Source of the DNA: an uncultured Lachnospiraceae bacterium
GTDB taxonomy: Bacteria; Bacillota; Clostridia; Lachnospirales; Lachnospiraceae
NCBI GenBank assembly: GCA_947570615.1
Contig: CANOVJ010000002.1
Span: forward strand, 66,367 to 130,366
DNA: 64,000 nucleotides
Direction: 5' to 3'
A program made the translations under genes and the position numbers. Each line of letters starts with the position of its first letter. Within the stretch, counting starts at the first letter, position 1. Positions 37,351 to 46,689 of the stretch are shown here, piece by piece. The notes below the pieces were generated by a model. It made no database searches and was not told the DNA's origin. It saw only the letters and a list, made by a program, of their open reading frames with translations.

Positions 37351-38409
37351 ATGTCAAAACTGAATAATCCTTTCAAATTCTCTCACAAAGTATACCTGTA
37401 TTCCCTGGCAGCCCTGATCCTTACCGCAGTCATCCTCCTGTTTCCCGCGCAGTGCATGGGGCTGGCCTTAAACGGCCTGCGTCTGTGGTATGAAAAAATG
37501 ATCCCCGCCCTCTTTCCCTTTATGGTGCTCTCCGGGGTGATCATCCGCATGGATCTGACGGAAACCTTTGTAAAGGTCCTGGATCCTGTTCTGGGACGGC
37601 TGTTTCAGGTCCGCAACGCCTGCATCTACGGGATGACAGTGGGGTTTCTGTGCGGCTTTCCCATGGGGGCCCACACAGCCGCACAGCTCTGCGGGCAGAA
37701 AAAAATCTCCTGGCAGGAGGCCTCCTTCCTGCTCTTCTTCTGCAACAACATAGGCCCGGTTTATTTTCTGAGCTTTGTAATGCCCACGCTCTCCCTGAAA
37801 GGCGCGGCCCCTTTTCTGGCTGGAATGTACGGCCTGCCCTTTCTCTACGGCCTGTTTCTGCGCTATACCCTTTTTCGGAATACGCTATGCCGAAACGGGC
37901 AGGCTCCCGGGCGGGCGGTGCTTCGGGCGGCGGAGCTCAAAGCCACTTCCGAACCGGTCTCAAAGGTCAGGATGGGGAAAACGACGGATCAATCCGCTCC
38001 CCCGTCAGCCTCTTCCCTGCTGGCCGCGCTGGATGAGTCTGTCTTTGCATCCCTCGCAGGCATTGCCCGGCTGGGCGGATATATGGTCTTTTTTAATCTG
38101 CTCTTTATCCTGCCCACCCTTCTGGCCGGCGCGCTCCCGCTCTCAGCCGAAGAAAGCTCTCTCTTTATCGGAGGAATCGGGTGTCTGCTGGAAATTACAG
38201 GGGGGATCGGCATAATCGGAAACCGTGCGCCCCTTCTGGTGCTCTGTGTCCTGCCCTTTGGAGGGCTCTCCTGCATCGCCCAGACCTACAGCATGATCCG
38301 GCGCAGCGCTCTGTCCATCCGGGAATATGTGATGCACAAAATGATCCTCACTGCCGTCACTGTTTTTTATTACCTTTTGCTCTCAAAAGCTTTGTGCTCA
38401 GGGGTTTAA
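37351..38409 (+). CDS. ylbJ: YlbJ-like sporulation integral membrane protein
   Basis: GLRLW...PALFPF, GFLCGFPMGA, FCNNIGP, LLEITGG motifs; next to coaD as in Firmicutes. Confidence 0.65.
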   Translation: MSKLNNPFKFSHKVYLYSLAALILTAVILLFPAQCMGLALNGLRLWYEKMIPALFPFMVLSGVIIRMDLTETFVKVLDPVLGRLFQVRNACIYGMTVGFLCGFPMGAHTAAQLCGQKKISWQEASFLLFFCNNIGPVYFLSFVMPTLSLKGAAPFLAGMYGLPFLYGLFLRYTLFRNTLCRNGQAPGRAVLRAAELKATSEPVSKVRMGKTTDQSAPPSASSLLAALDESVFASLAGIARLGGYMVFFNLLFILPTLLAGALPLSAEESSLFIGGIGCLLEITGGIGIIGNRAPLLVLCVLPFGGLSCIAQTYSMIRRSALSIREYVMHKMILTAVTVFYYLLLSKALCSGV

Positions 38410-39730
38410 TAAGCAAAAATATCATTCTGGCCATGACGAAGGACAAAACCAGAATGAGCAGCAGGATCAGACCGATGGCGGCTCCGAGCTGCCCTGTGTT
38501 TAAGCCGGACAGGCTCAGAAAATCATCCTCCGCCTTCTGCAGTTCATCCCCGTAATGGATTTCACGGTATCCCTTCTGCGCCTCCTGGAGGGCCTTCTCC
38601 CGGTCAGACTGCTCCTGCCTGCGTATCCTCTCCGGATCCGGAATGGAGGGAATGGACAGCGTCTCGCTGCGCGTATCCAGATCGAAACCGTTGAAGACCT
38701 TTACGCAAAGCTGCAGCTCCCGGTCAAAGGGGGCCGTGATGGTAAAGGTATGCTCCTTCGCAGACTGGTTCCACGCCTGCGGCCGGGGCCATTCTTCCAG
38801 GGGAGAATATGTCTCGCCCCCGTCAAGGCTGTATCCATAATAGAGAATATAGCTCTCCGCATCCTGCGCCTCCACGCAGACGGTGATCTCCCCTGTCTCC
38901 TCACTGACCTGCGCGCTTTTTATCCGGCACAGCTGTGGCGGCGTCCTGTCCGGCTTCACACTCTGCGCGGGGACATCCGTCTGCGGGGCGCCATAGCCGC
39001 CGAAATCCATTTCAGGAAAATCTGAGGACAGGCCGAAATATCTGGCCGCTGCCCTGGCGTCCAGCCGTCCGAACTCCCGAAGCTGCTCCTGGCTCTGCTG
39101 ATAAAACGGTTTGTCCTTCTCATGGTCCAGGTGGCAGTGCTCGATCAGGGCGGAGGGGACGCCCTCCCGGGAGCAGTATCTGAGGATCCCGTAATAATCG
39201 TTCCCCAGCTTATCCAGCCGGGTCTTAATCCCTCTGGAATATAAACCAAGCCCTGTCAGCTCCTGCATCTCCAGCTGGGCAAAGGAATACCCCCGGGCGT
39301 AATATTCCCCTTTCGAGGGAACCCACACCTCCGCCCCGTAATAATTGCGGTTTTCGGAGGTATTGAAGTGAAGGCAGAAGAGAAAATCCGCATTCTTCTG
39401 CGCGGCAAAGGCAGCCCGGTCTATGATCTTCATATCCACGTCGCTCTCCCGGGTGAGCCACACCTCCACGCCCTCGCACTTTTCCAGCTCCTCCTTCATG
39501 GCCCTGGCCACAATGAGGGTCATCTCCTTTTCCGTATAGCCGTCGTAGATGGCTCCCTCGTTCTCTCCGCCATGTCCGGGATCGATCACAATCACCAGAT
39601 TTTTGGCGTGGACGCTCAGGCGCAGAGCAGGTGAAAGAAGTACCGCGGCCAGCGTGAAAACCAGCGCCCGCAGTACCGCCCCGGCTGTTTCTGAGAGGAT
39701 TCTTTTTTTCAGACAAATGTGCTGCTTCAA
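38357..39730 (-). CDS. N-acetylmuramoyl-L-alanine amidase (Amidase_3) with C-terminal membrane anchor
   Basis: VIDPGHGG, YTEK, WLTR, LHFN, ALIEH; C-terminal hydrophobic helix; TTG start inferred behind aaggag. Confidence 0.8.
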   Translation of the reverse strand: MKQHICLKKRILSETAGAVLRALVFTLAAVLLSPALRLSVHAKNLVIVIDPGHGGENEGAIYDGYTEKEMTLIVARAMKEELEKCEGVEVWLTRESDVDMKIIDRAAFAAQKNADFLFCLHFNTSENRNYYGAEVWVPSKGEYYARGYSFAQLEMQELTGLGLYSRGIKTRLDKLGNDYYGILRYCSREGVPSALIEHCHLDHEKDKPFYQQSQEQLREFGRLDARAAARYFGLSSDFPEMDFGGYGAPQTDVPAQSVKPDRTPPQLCRIKSAQVSEETGEITVCVEAQDAESYILYYGYSLDGGETYSPLEEWPRPQAWNQSAKEHTFTITAPFDRELQLCVKVFNGFDLDTRSETLSIPSIPDPERIRRQEQSDREKALQEAQKGYREIHYGDELQKAEDDFLSLSGLNTGQLGAAIGLILLLILVLSFVMARMIFLLIKPLSTKLLRAKGNKKQ

Positions 39731-39871
39731 ATCGGGAACTCCTTTTACTGAAAAGTTCGTATAAAGACCCGGCTTACGATTCAGACAGGTAAGCCGGGTC
39801 AAACTCTTGTTCACACAAAGACAGTCCGCCAGGCGCGCCTGTCCCTGTGTATTATTCCGATTGTCCGTTTT

Positions 39872-40498
39872 TCAGTTGATGAGATCCAGGTTGATGCCGT
39901 CCGCGCCGGAGCCCTCCTGTGTGGACGGCGGCAGATCGTCCGCATATTCCCCGTCCGCCTCGGGCGGATTTAACTCGATACGGTTGGCGTTGACCACATC
40001 GCTGTAATGGTTTAACGCTCCATAGAAGCTCTCATAATGCTCGGTGGTGGTCCGCATGGTCTGGGAGATCAGATTCTCGATGCTGGCCAGGATATCGTCC
40101 GTGTACTGCATGGCCGCCATACGCATGTTGTTGGCCTCCGTGGTAGCGTTATCCAGGATTTCCTGGGCCTGGAGGGTGGCCATCTTCACCACCTCGTTGG
40201 CCTGGGCATAGGCCTGCTGCATGATCTCATGCTCGTTGATCAGCTCGTTGGTGTGCATGGTGGCGTCGTTAATGAGAGCCTCCGCTTTGGCCCGTGCATC
40301 GCTTAAGATCGCCTCCTTGTTGCTGATGATCTTCTGATACCGCTTGATCTCATCCGGGGTCTTCATACGCAGCTCCCGCAGAAGCTCGTCAATCTCTTCT
40401 TTATTTACCACGATTTTGGTATTGGAAAGGGGCTGGTATTTACAGCCGTCTATGTATTCCTCTATCTCGTCAATTAACGACTCTATTCTGCTGCTCAT
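39872..40498 (-). CDS. Coiled-coil protein, DivIVA/SepIVA-like
   Basis: IDEIEEYI...PLSNTKIVVNKEEI...LR...PDEI N-terminus followed by heptad-rich helix; directly after coaD. Confidence 0.6.
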   Translation of the reverse strand: MSSRIESLIDEIEEYIDGCKYQPLSNTKIVVNKEEIDELLRELRMKTPDEIKRYQKIISNKEAILSDARAKAEALINDATMHTNELINEHEIMQQAYAQANEVVKMATLQAQEILDNATTEANNMRMAAMQYTDDILASIENLISQTMRTTTEHYESFYGALNHYSDVVNANRIELNPPEADGEYADDLPPSTQEGSGADGINLDLIN

Positions 40499-40512
40499 GC
40501 GCTTTCCCCCGT

Positions 40513-41004
40513 TTATTTCTTTTCTACCCCATACTTCTGATACACCAGCTCAGCCACAAACCCGGGTACGCACAAGGAAATATCTCCGTGAAAGCTGGCG
40601 ATCTCCTTCACGCTGGAAGAACTTAAATAGGCGTATTCCAGACTGGTGGTGAGAAAGATGGTATCCAGCCCGCCGTCGGAGAGCTTGGCGTTGGTCTGTG
40701 CGTTCTGAAGCTCATATTCAAAATCCGTGATGGCCCGCAGTCCTCTGATCACCACGTGGACTCCTCTGCTCCTGGCATAATCCACCAGAAGGCCGCTGAA
40801 GGATTCCACCTTTACATTGGGAATATCTCTGACCGCTTCCTCTAGTATCTTAACACGTTCTTCCACAGAAAACAATGGAGTCTTGAGTTTATTATTCAAA
40901 ACGCTCACCGTTAATCCGTCGAAGATTTTCGCGGCCCGCCGGATCACATCCAGATGTCCGAAGGTCACAGGGTCAAAGCTTCCCGGATAAATTGCTGATT
41001 TCAT
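40513..41004 (-). CDS. coaD: Phosphopantetheine adenylyltransferase
   Basis: [34 protein letters not shown]. Confidence 0.96.
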   Translation of the reverse strand: MKSAIYPGSFDPVTFGHLDVIRRAAKIFDGLTVSVLNNKLKTPLFSVEERVKILEEAVRDIPNVKVESFSGLLVDYARSRGVHVVIRGLRAITDFEYELQNAQTNAKLSDGGLDTIFLTTSLEYAYLSSSSVKEIASFHGDISLCVPGFVAELVYQKYGVEKK

Positions 41005-41555
41005 AGACACACCCTCCTTATAAAGACATGCTTGTTTGTCTTATATTTCTTTTCTCTGACCACCTCAAAACCGGATCCTTCCAGGAAATCCGTACTTCTG
41101 TGTACCTCAGCCTCCAGGATCAGGAGCGTATTTTCGCTCACCCAGCTCATCCGGGACAGCGCCCCGAAAAGCTCCTGCTCAACCCCGGCCTGGTAGGGGG
41201 GATCTATAAAGACAATGTCCGCCTCCTTTTCACGGATCATGGAAAGAGCGCTGAAAACATCCCCCTTAAGCAGGGTTGCATTTTCGGCCAGCCTGGTAAA
41301 GGTGAGGTTTGTCTGGATGCAGGAGATGGCTTCCCGGCTGTTCTCCACAAACCAGGCGTATTTCGCCCCTCTGCTTAAGGCCTCGATCCCCACGCCGCCG
41401 CTTCCCGCGAACAGATCCACGAACACACATCCGGGGATATCCCCCTGGAGGATATTAAACAGGGTCTCTTTGATCCGGTCTGCGGTGGGCCTGGTGCCCT
41501 CCCCCTGCGGAACCTTCAATTTCAGGCTTCTTGCTTTCCCGGCAATTACGCGCAT
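41001..41555 (-). CDS. rsmD: 16S rRNA m2G966 methyltransferase
   Basis: [32 protein letters not shown]. Confidence 0.94.
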   Translation of the reverse strand: MRVIAGKARSLKLKVPQGEGTRPTADRIKETLFNILQGDIPGCVFVDLFAGSGGVGIEALSRGAKYAWFVENSREAISCIQTNLTFTRLAENATLLKGDVFSALSMIREKEADIVFIDPPYQAGVEQELFGALSRMSWVSENTLLILEAEVHRSTDFLEGSGFEVVREKKYKTNKHVFIRRVCL

Positions 41556-41573
41556 ATTTCCGTTCCTTTCTTC

Positions 41574-43811
41574 TCACAGCTTAAGCTTCGAGCCGCGGCC
41601 ATCCCGTCTGGCCGTCTTTATCTTATCGAGACCGACTGTATGACCGTTGTAGTCAATCGTGGTTTCGGTTCCACTTACCGTATAGTGGACGCTCTCCACG
41701 TGATCGTTCATTCCCAGCTTCATTCCCCGCACGCCCACGGCATTCTTTTTCTTTTCGGGGATCTCCCCGAGATCGAATTTGAGCACATACCCTTCCCTGC
41801 TCACCAGAACAATCTGCTGCTGGCCATCCAGAGGGACGACGCTTACCACCTCGTCGCCTTCCGACAGCTTCGTGGCGGCCACGGTCCGTTTGGCCACGTC
41901 GAACTCCCCTCCGTCCACGATCTTCATCATGGCCTGGCGGGTGATGAAGACCATCCGGTAGAGGTTTAAGCTGGTCTGGCTAAGAACGGCGATCACCGTC
42001 TCCTTTCCGCCGTCAAAATTGCTGATATTGTCGATGGGAACGCCCTTGTCCCGGAATTTTCCGTAGGGAATGTCCATGACCCTGACGGTGTGAAGCGCTC
42101 CCGTGTTGGTAAAGATACAGATCCTGCCCGTGTTCTTACAGGTGAGCACATATTTGTTTTCCGCCAGGACCGCCTCCCTGTTCCGCTCATACGCCGCCAT
42201 GTCGATGGTCTTTGTATAGCCAAAGCGGTCCATGAGAAAGACCACATCCAGCTCCTGCGCCTTCTTCTCCACATAGACGGCCTCAGCGGCATTTTCCACT
42301 CTGGTTTTGCGGGGAGCCGAGTAGGCCTTCCGGATACGGTCCAGCTCGTTCATGAGGACCTGGGCCATGGAGCTTCGGCGATCCAGGATATCCTCGTAGC
42401 GGTAGATATTGGCCATGGTCTCCTCATGCTCGGCGATGAGGGCCTCCAGCTCCAGTCCGATCAGCTTGTACAGACGCATTTCCAGGATGGCATTGGCCTG
42501 CTTCTCGGTAAATTTGAGCTGGGCGGCCATCACTTTGGATTCTCTGGAGCGGAATTTGATGCCGGTCACCTTTCCCTCCACCAGACAGGCTCTGGCCATG
42601 GCCCGGTCTTTGGAGCCGCGCAGGATCTCGATTACCAGATCAATCACGTTGCAGGCCCTGATCAGTCCCTCCTGGATCTCCTTTCTCTCCCGCTCTCTGG
42701 CAAGAAGGGTGGTATATTTCCTGGTGGCCACCTGGAACTGGAAGTCCACATTGTGTTTGATGATCTGGCGAAGACTCATGACCTCGGGACGACCGTCCGC
42801 GATGGCCAGCATATTCACCCCGAAGGTGTCCTCCAACCGGGTCTTTTTGTAGAGCATGTTGACGAAATTGTCCGCATCCGCATCCTTTTTCAGTTCGATC
42901 ACGATACGGATGCCCTCCTTGGAGGACTGGTTGGAGATATCCACAATATCCTGGGTCTTCTTGCTCTCCGCCAGGGCGGCCACATCCGAAAGGAACCTGG
43001 CGATGTTGGCCCCGATCATGGTATAGGGGATCTCGCTGATAACCACGTTGGTCTTTCCGCCCTTACCCTTCTCGATATCCACCCTGCCCCGGATGCGGAT
43101 CCTGCCCGTGCCCGTCTCGTAGATTCTGAGAAGCTCGTCCTTGTTGATGACCACGCCTCCGGTGGGAAAATCCGGGCCCTTGATGTATTTCATCAGTTCC
43201 TGGGTGGTGATGCTCTCATCCATCATATAGGCTTTAACCGCCGCGATCACCTCCCCCAGATTGTGGGGCGGAATGCTGGTGGTCATACCTACGGCGATTC
43301 CCTCTGACCCGTTCACCAGCAGATTGGGAATCTTCACCGGAAGGACCGAGGGCTCCTTCTCCGTCTCGTCAAAGTTGGGAACAAAATCCACCACATCCTT
43401 ATCCAGATCAGAGAGAAAGGCCTCCTGGGTGACCCGTTCAAGGCGCGCCTCCGTATAACGCATGGCCGCCGCCCCATCCCCCTCGATATTTCCAAAGTTG
43501 CCGTGGCCGTCAATCAGGGGAAGCCCCTTTTTAAAGTCCTGGGAGAGAACCACCAGCGCGTCGTAGATGGAGCTGTCCCCGTGAGGGTGATACTTACCCA
43601 TGGTATCCCCCACGATACGGGCGCTTTTGCGGTAAGGACGGTCATAACGGATCCCCAGCTCGTGCATGTCATAGAGAACCCTTCTCTGCACCGGCTTGAG
43701 CCCGTCCCTTGCGTCCGGCAGGGCTCTGGCGATAATCACGCTCATGGCATAGTCGATGAAGGACTTCTGCATCACGTCGGAATATTCGGTTTTGATGATC
43801 TTTTCTTCCAT
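41574..43811 (-). CDS. parC: Type II topoisomerase subunit A, most likely Topo IV ParC
   Basis: DGLKPVQRR, YHPHGD, AAMRYTE (catalytic Tyr); short CTD without a GyrA-box. Confidence 0.8.
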   Translation of the reverse strand: MEEKIIKTEYSDVMQKSFIDYAMSVIIARALPDARDGLKPVQRRVLYDMHELGIRYDRPYRKSARIVGDTMGKYHPHGDSSIYDALVVLSQDFKKGLPLIDGHGNFGNIEGDGAAAMRYTEARLERVTQEAFLSDLDKDVVDFVPNFDETEKEPSVLPVKIPNLLVNGSEGIAVGMTTSIPPHNLGEVIAAVKAYMMDESITTQELMKYIKGPDFPTGGVVINKDELLRIYETGTGRIRIRGRVDIEKGKGGKTNVVISEIPYTMIGANIARFLSDVAALAESKKTQDIVDISNQSSKEGIRIVIELKKDADADNFVNMLYKKTRLEDTFGVNMLAIADGRPEVMSLRQIIKHNVDFQFQVATRKYTTLLARERERKEIQEGLIRACNVIDLVIEILRGSKDRAMARACLVEGKVTGIKFRSRESKVMAAQLKFTEKQANAILEMRLYKLIGLELEALIAEHEETMANIYRYEDILDRRSSMAQVLMNELDRIRKAYSAPRKTRVENAAEAVYVEKKAQELDVVFLMDRFGYTKTIDMAAYERNREAVLAENKYVLTCKNTGRICIFTNTGALHTVRVMDIPYGKFRDKGVPIDNISNFDGGKETVIAVLSQTSLNLYRMVFITRQAMMKIVDGGEFDVAKRTVAATKLSEGDEVVSVVPLDGQQQIVLVSREGYVLKFDLGEIPEKKKNAVGVRGMKLGMNDHVESVHYTVSGTETTIDYNGHTVGLDKIKTARRDGRGSKLKL

Positions 43812-43830
43812 AAAAAAATAATACCTTTCC

Positions 43831-45753
43831 TCAGATATCCAGCTCCGCGTCGGTGGCGTGCTCATAGATGAAGGCCTTGCGGGGCGGCACATCCGTCCCC
43901 ATGAGAAGCTCCGTCACCTCCGAGGCCATCCGGGCGTCCTCAATCTGCACCAGCTTAAGGATCCTGGTCTGCGGGTTTAAGGTCGTCTCCCAGAGCTGGG
44001 AGGCGTCCATCTCACCCAGGCCCTTGTAGCGCTGAAGCGTGAAAGGCCCCTTATGCCGCTTCCGGTATTGCTCGAGAGCCTTGTCGTCGTAGAGATATTC
44101 CTCCTCCCCCCGGCCGGGCATGGCCTTGTAAAGGGGCGGCATGGCGATATACACATGTCCTTCATAGATCAGCTCCGGCATGAACCGGTAAAACAGGGTC
44201 AGCAGCAGGGTGGAAATATGCGCCCCGTCCACGTCCGCATCGGCCATGATGATGATCTTGTCATAGCGCAGCTTCGAGATATCAAAATCATTTCCATATC
44301 CTTCCGAAAAGCCGCAACCGAAGGCGTTGATCATGGTCTTGATCTCCGCGTTGGCAAGAACCTTGTCGATGCTGGCCTTCTCCACATTGAGAATCTTACC
44401 ACGGATGGGCAGAATCGCCTGGTAGGCCCGGTCTCTGGCCGTCTTGGCGCTGCCCCCGGCGGAATCTCCCTCCACGATGAAAATCTCGCACTTTTTGGCG
44501 TCCCTGGACTCACAGTTGGCCAGCTTTCCGTTGGAGTCAAAGGAAAATTTCTGTTTGGAGAGCATGTTGGTGCGGGCCTTCTCCTCCGTCTTTCGGATTT
44601 TGGCCGCCTTCTCCGCACAGCCGATGATCTTTTTCAGAGTCTCCAGATTCCGGTCAAAAAACCGCACCACCTCGTCGCCGGTCACCTTGGATACCACCTT
44701 GGCGGCGTCCTGGTTGTCCAGCTTGGTCTTGGTCTGTCCCTCAAAGCGCGGATCGGGATGCTTGATGGAAATCACCGCCGTCATGCCATTGCGCACGTCC
44801 GCCCCGGTAAAATTGGCGTCCTTTTCCTTCAGGATATTCAGCTCTCTGGCATAGTTATTGATAATATTGGTAAAGGCGCTCTTAAAGCCGGTTAAATGGG
44901 TGCCTCCCTCGGAATTGTAGATATTGTTGCAAAAGCCCAGCACATTCTCATGAAATTCACTGGTGTACTGGAAAGCGCCCTCCACGGAGATCCCTTCATT
45001 TTCTCCCTTAAAATAAATCACATCACAGACGCTCTCAGTGGACTTGTTCATATCCCTGATAAAGCCAATGATGCCATCGGGTTCGTGATATTCCACATGC
45101 TCCGGCTCCGCCTTCCTCCTGTCCTCGAAGATGATGGTCAGCTCCGGGTTAAGGTAGGCCGTCTCATGCATCCTGCTTTTGATCTCGTCCTCTTTGAACC
45201 GGGTTTTGTCAAAAATCGTATCGTCCGGCAGGAAGTTCACCTTCGTTCCGCTTCCACGGCCCCGGCCCACCACAGGCAGAAGGCCGTCGATCAGGTCGAC
45301 CTTCGGCGTTCCGCGCTCATACCGGTCCTCATAGATGTATCCGCCGCTTTTGACCCGAACAGTCAACTGGGTGGAAAGGGCGTTTACCACGGAGGACCCC
45401 ACCCCGTGAAGTCCGCCGCTGGTCTTGTAGGCGGAATCGTCAAATTTTCCTCCCGCATGGAGAGTAGTGAAAACCAGACGCTCCGCGCTGACTCCCTTCT
45501 CATGCATTCCCACCGGAATCCCGCGCCCGTTGTCCTCCACGGTGGCGGAACCGTCCGCCTCCAGGATCACGGTGATCCTGTCGCAGAACCCCGCCAGATG
45601 CTCATCCACCGCATTGTCCACGATCTCATAGATCAGATGGTTCAGCCCTCTGGTGGAAACGCTTCCGATATACATTCCCGGTCTTTTTCTTACTGCCTCC
45701 AGACCCTCCAGCACGGTAATACTGGAAGCGTCATAAACCGCCGCATTCGACAT
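43831..45753 (-). CDS. parE: Type II topoisomerase subunit B, most likely Topo IV ParE
   Basis: LEAVRKRPGMYIG, EIVDNAVDE, GGLHGVG, EGDSAGG, DADVDG, RYKGLGEM. Confidence 0.8.
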   Translation of the reverse strand: MSNAAVYDASSITVLEGLEAVRKRPGMYIGSVSTRGLNHLIYEIVDNAVDEHLAGFCDRITVILEADGSATVEDNGRGIPVGMHEKGVSAERLVFTTLHAGGKFDDSAYKTSGGLHGVGSSVVNALSTQLTVRVKSGGYIYEDRYERGTPKVDLIDGLLPVVGRGRGSGTKVNFLPDDTIFDKTRFKEDEIKSRMHETAYLNPELTIIFEDRRKAEPEHVEYHEPDGIIGFIRDMNKSTESVCDVIYFKGENEGISVEGAFQYTSEFHENVLGFCNNIYNSEGGTHLTGFKSAFTNIINNYARELNILKEKDANFTGADVRNGMTAVISIKHPDPRFEGQTKTKLDNQDAAKVVSKVTGDEVVRFFDRNLETLKKIIGCAEKAAKIRKTEEKARTNMLSKQKFSFDSNGKLANCESRDAKKCEIFIVEGDSAGGSAKTARDRAYQAILPIRGKILNVEKASIDKVLANAEIKTMINAFGCGFSEGYGNDFDISKLRYDKIIIMADADVDGAHISTLLLTLFYRFMPELIYEGHVYIAMPPLYKAMPGRGEEEYLYDDKALEQYRKRHKGPFTLQRYKGLGEMDASQLWETTLNPQTRILKLVQIEDARMASEVTELLMGTDVPPRKAFIYEHATDAELDI

Positions 45754-45768
45754 CAGTTTTAAACCTTT

Positions 45769-46644
45769 CTAGTGAATTTTCTTACAGCAGGCCACCGCAA
45801 GAGAGCCCGGCCCGATATGGCAGGCTACGCTTAAGGAGAGAGGATTGATCACCAGATCAAATCCCGGAAATTCCTTTAAAAGCTCCTGAGCGAACTGCTG
45901 CGCCGCGTCCAGATCTTTGGTGTAGGCCACCTCCAGCCAGATATTGTCCGCGCTGACTCCCCCGAAGCGGTTTTCCATATCGTTTCGGATGGCACCTGTC
46001 ATGATGGTCTTGCCCTGACTGGAGGTGCGGGCCTTCGCAAAGGCGTCCAGCTTATCCCCCTGGATCTGCAAAACCGGCTTAAGGCGCAGGATCGTACCGA
46101 TGGCCGCGGCCGCCGGGGTGATCCTCCCGCCCTTTTTCAGGTAATATAAGGTGTCCAGCATGATATAAATGCTGGAATTGAATCTGTCTTTTTCCAGAAA
46201 ATCCTTAATCTCTGCGGCGCACATCCCTCTGCCCGCAAGGGTAAGGGCGTCCAGGGCGGACTGCCGCTGGGTCACGGAGATGCGCTGGTTGTTCACTACC
46301 TGCACTCTCCCGTCGAATTCCTCCGCCAGCATCATGGCGCTCTGACAGGAGCCGGACAATCCGCTGCTCATGGGGATATGGACGATCTCATCGTATTGTG
46401 TGAGAACCTCCCGCCAGAGCTCCATCACCGATTCAGGGGACGGCTGGCTGGTGACCACATCCGCTCCGCTCTCCAGTTTATCGTAAAATTCCTCCTGGCT
46501 TAAGGTGATATCCTCGAAAAAGGTCTCCTCATTAATCATAAAAGGCATGGGAAGCACGCGGATCCCCAGTTCTTTCCCCTCCGCCTGCGTGATCCCACTG
46601 TTAGAGTCTGTAATAATCGCTACCTTTTTATCCAAAATTTTCAC
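45769..46644 (-). CDS. DegV family fatty-acid-binding protein (FakB-like)
   Basis: IITDSNSG, TSQPS, SSGLSGS, LKKGGRI, HIGPG. Confidence 0.9.
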   Translation of the reverse strand: MKILDKKVAIITDSNSGITQAEGKELGIRVLPMPFMINEETFFEDITLSQEEFYDKLESGADVVTSQPSPESVMELWREVLTQYDEIVHIPMSSGLSGSCQSAMMLAEEFDGRVQVVNNQRISVTQRQSALDALTLAGRGMCAAEIKDFLEKDRFNSSIYIMLDTLYYLKKGGRITPAAAAIGTILRLKPVLQIQGDKLDAFAKARTSSQGKTIMTGAIRNDMENRFGGVSADNIWLEVAYTKDLDAAQQFAQELLKEFPGFDLVINPLSLSVACHIGPGSLAVACCKKIH

Positions 46645-46689
46645 TCAATCCTTTCCGGACACAGCAAAGCATGCATTTACATCTTACTT

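Noticed and set aside
41574-45753. Calling the pair gyrA/gyrB
   Set aside because: No GyrA-box, short CTD, and no dnaA-recF context
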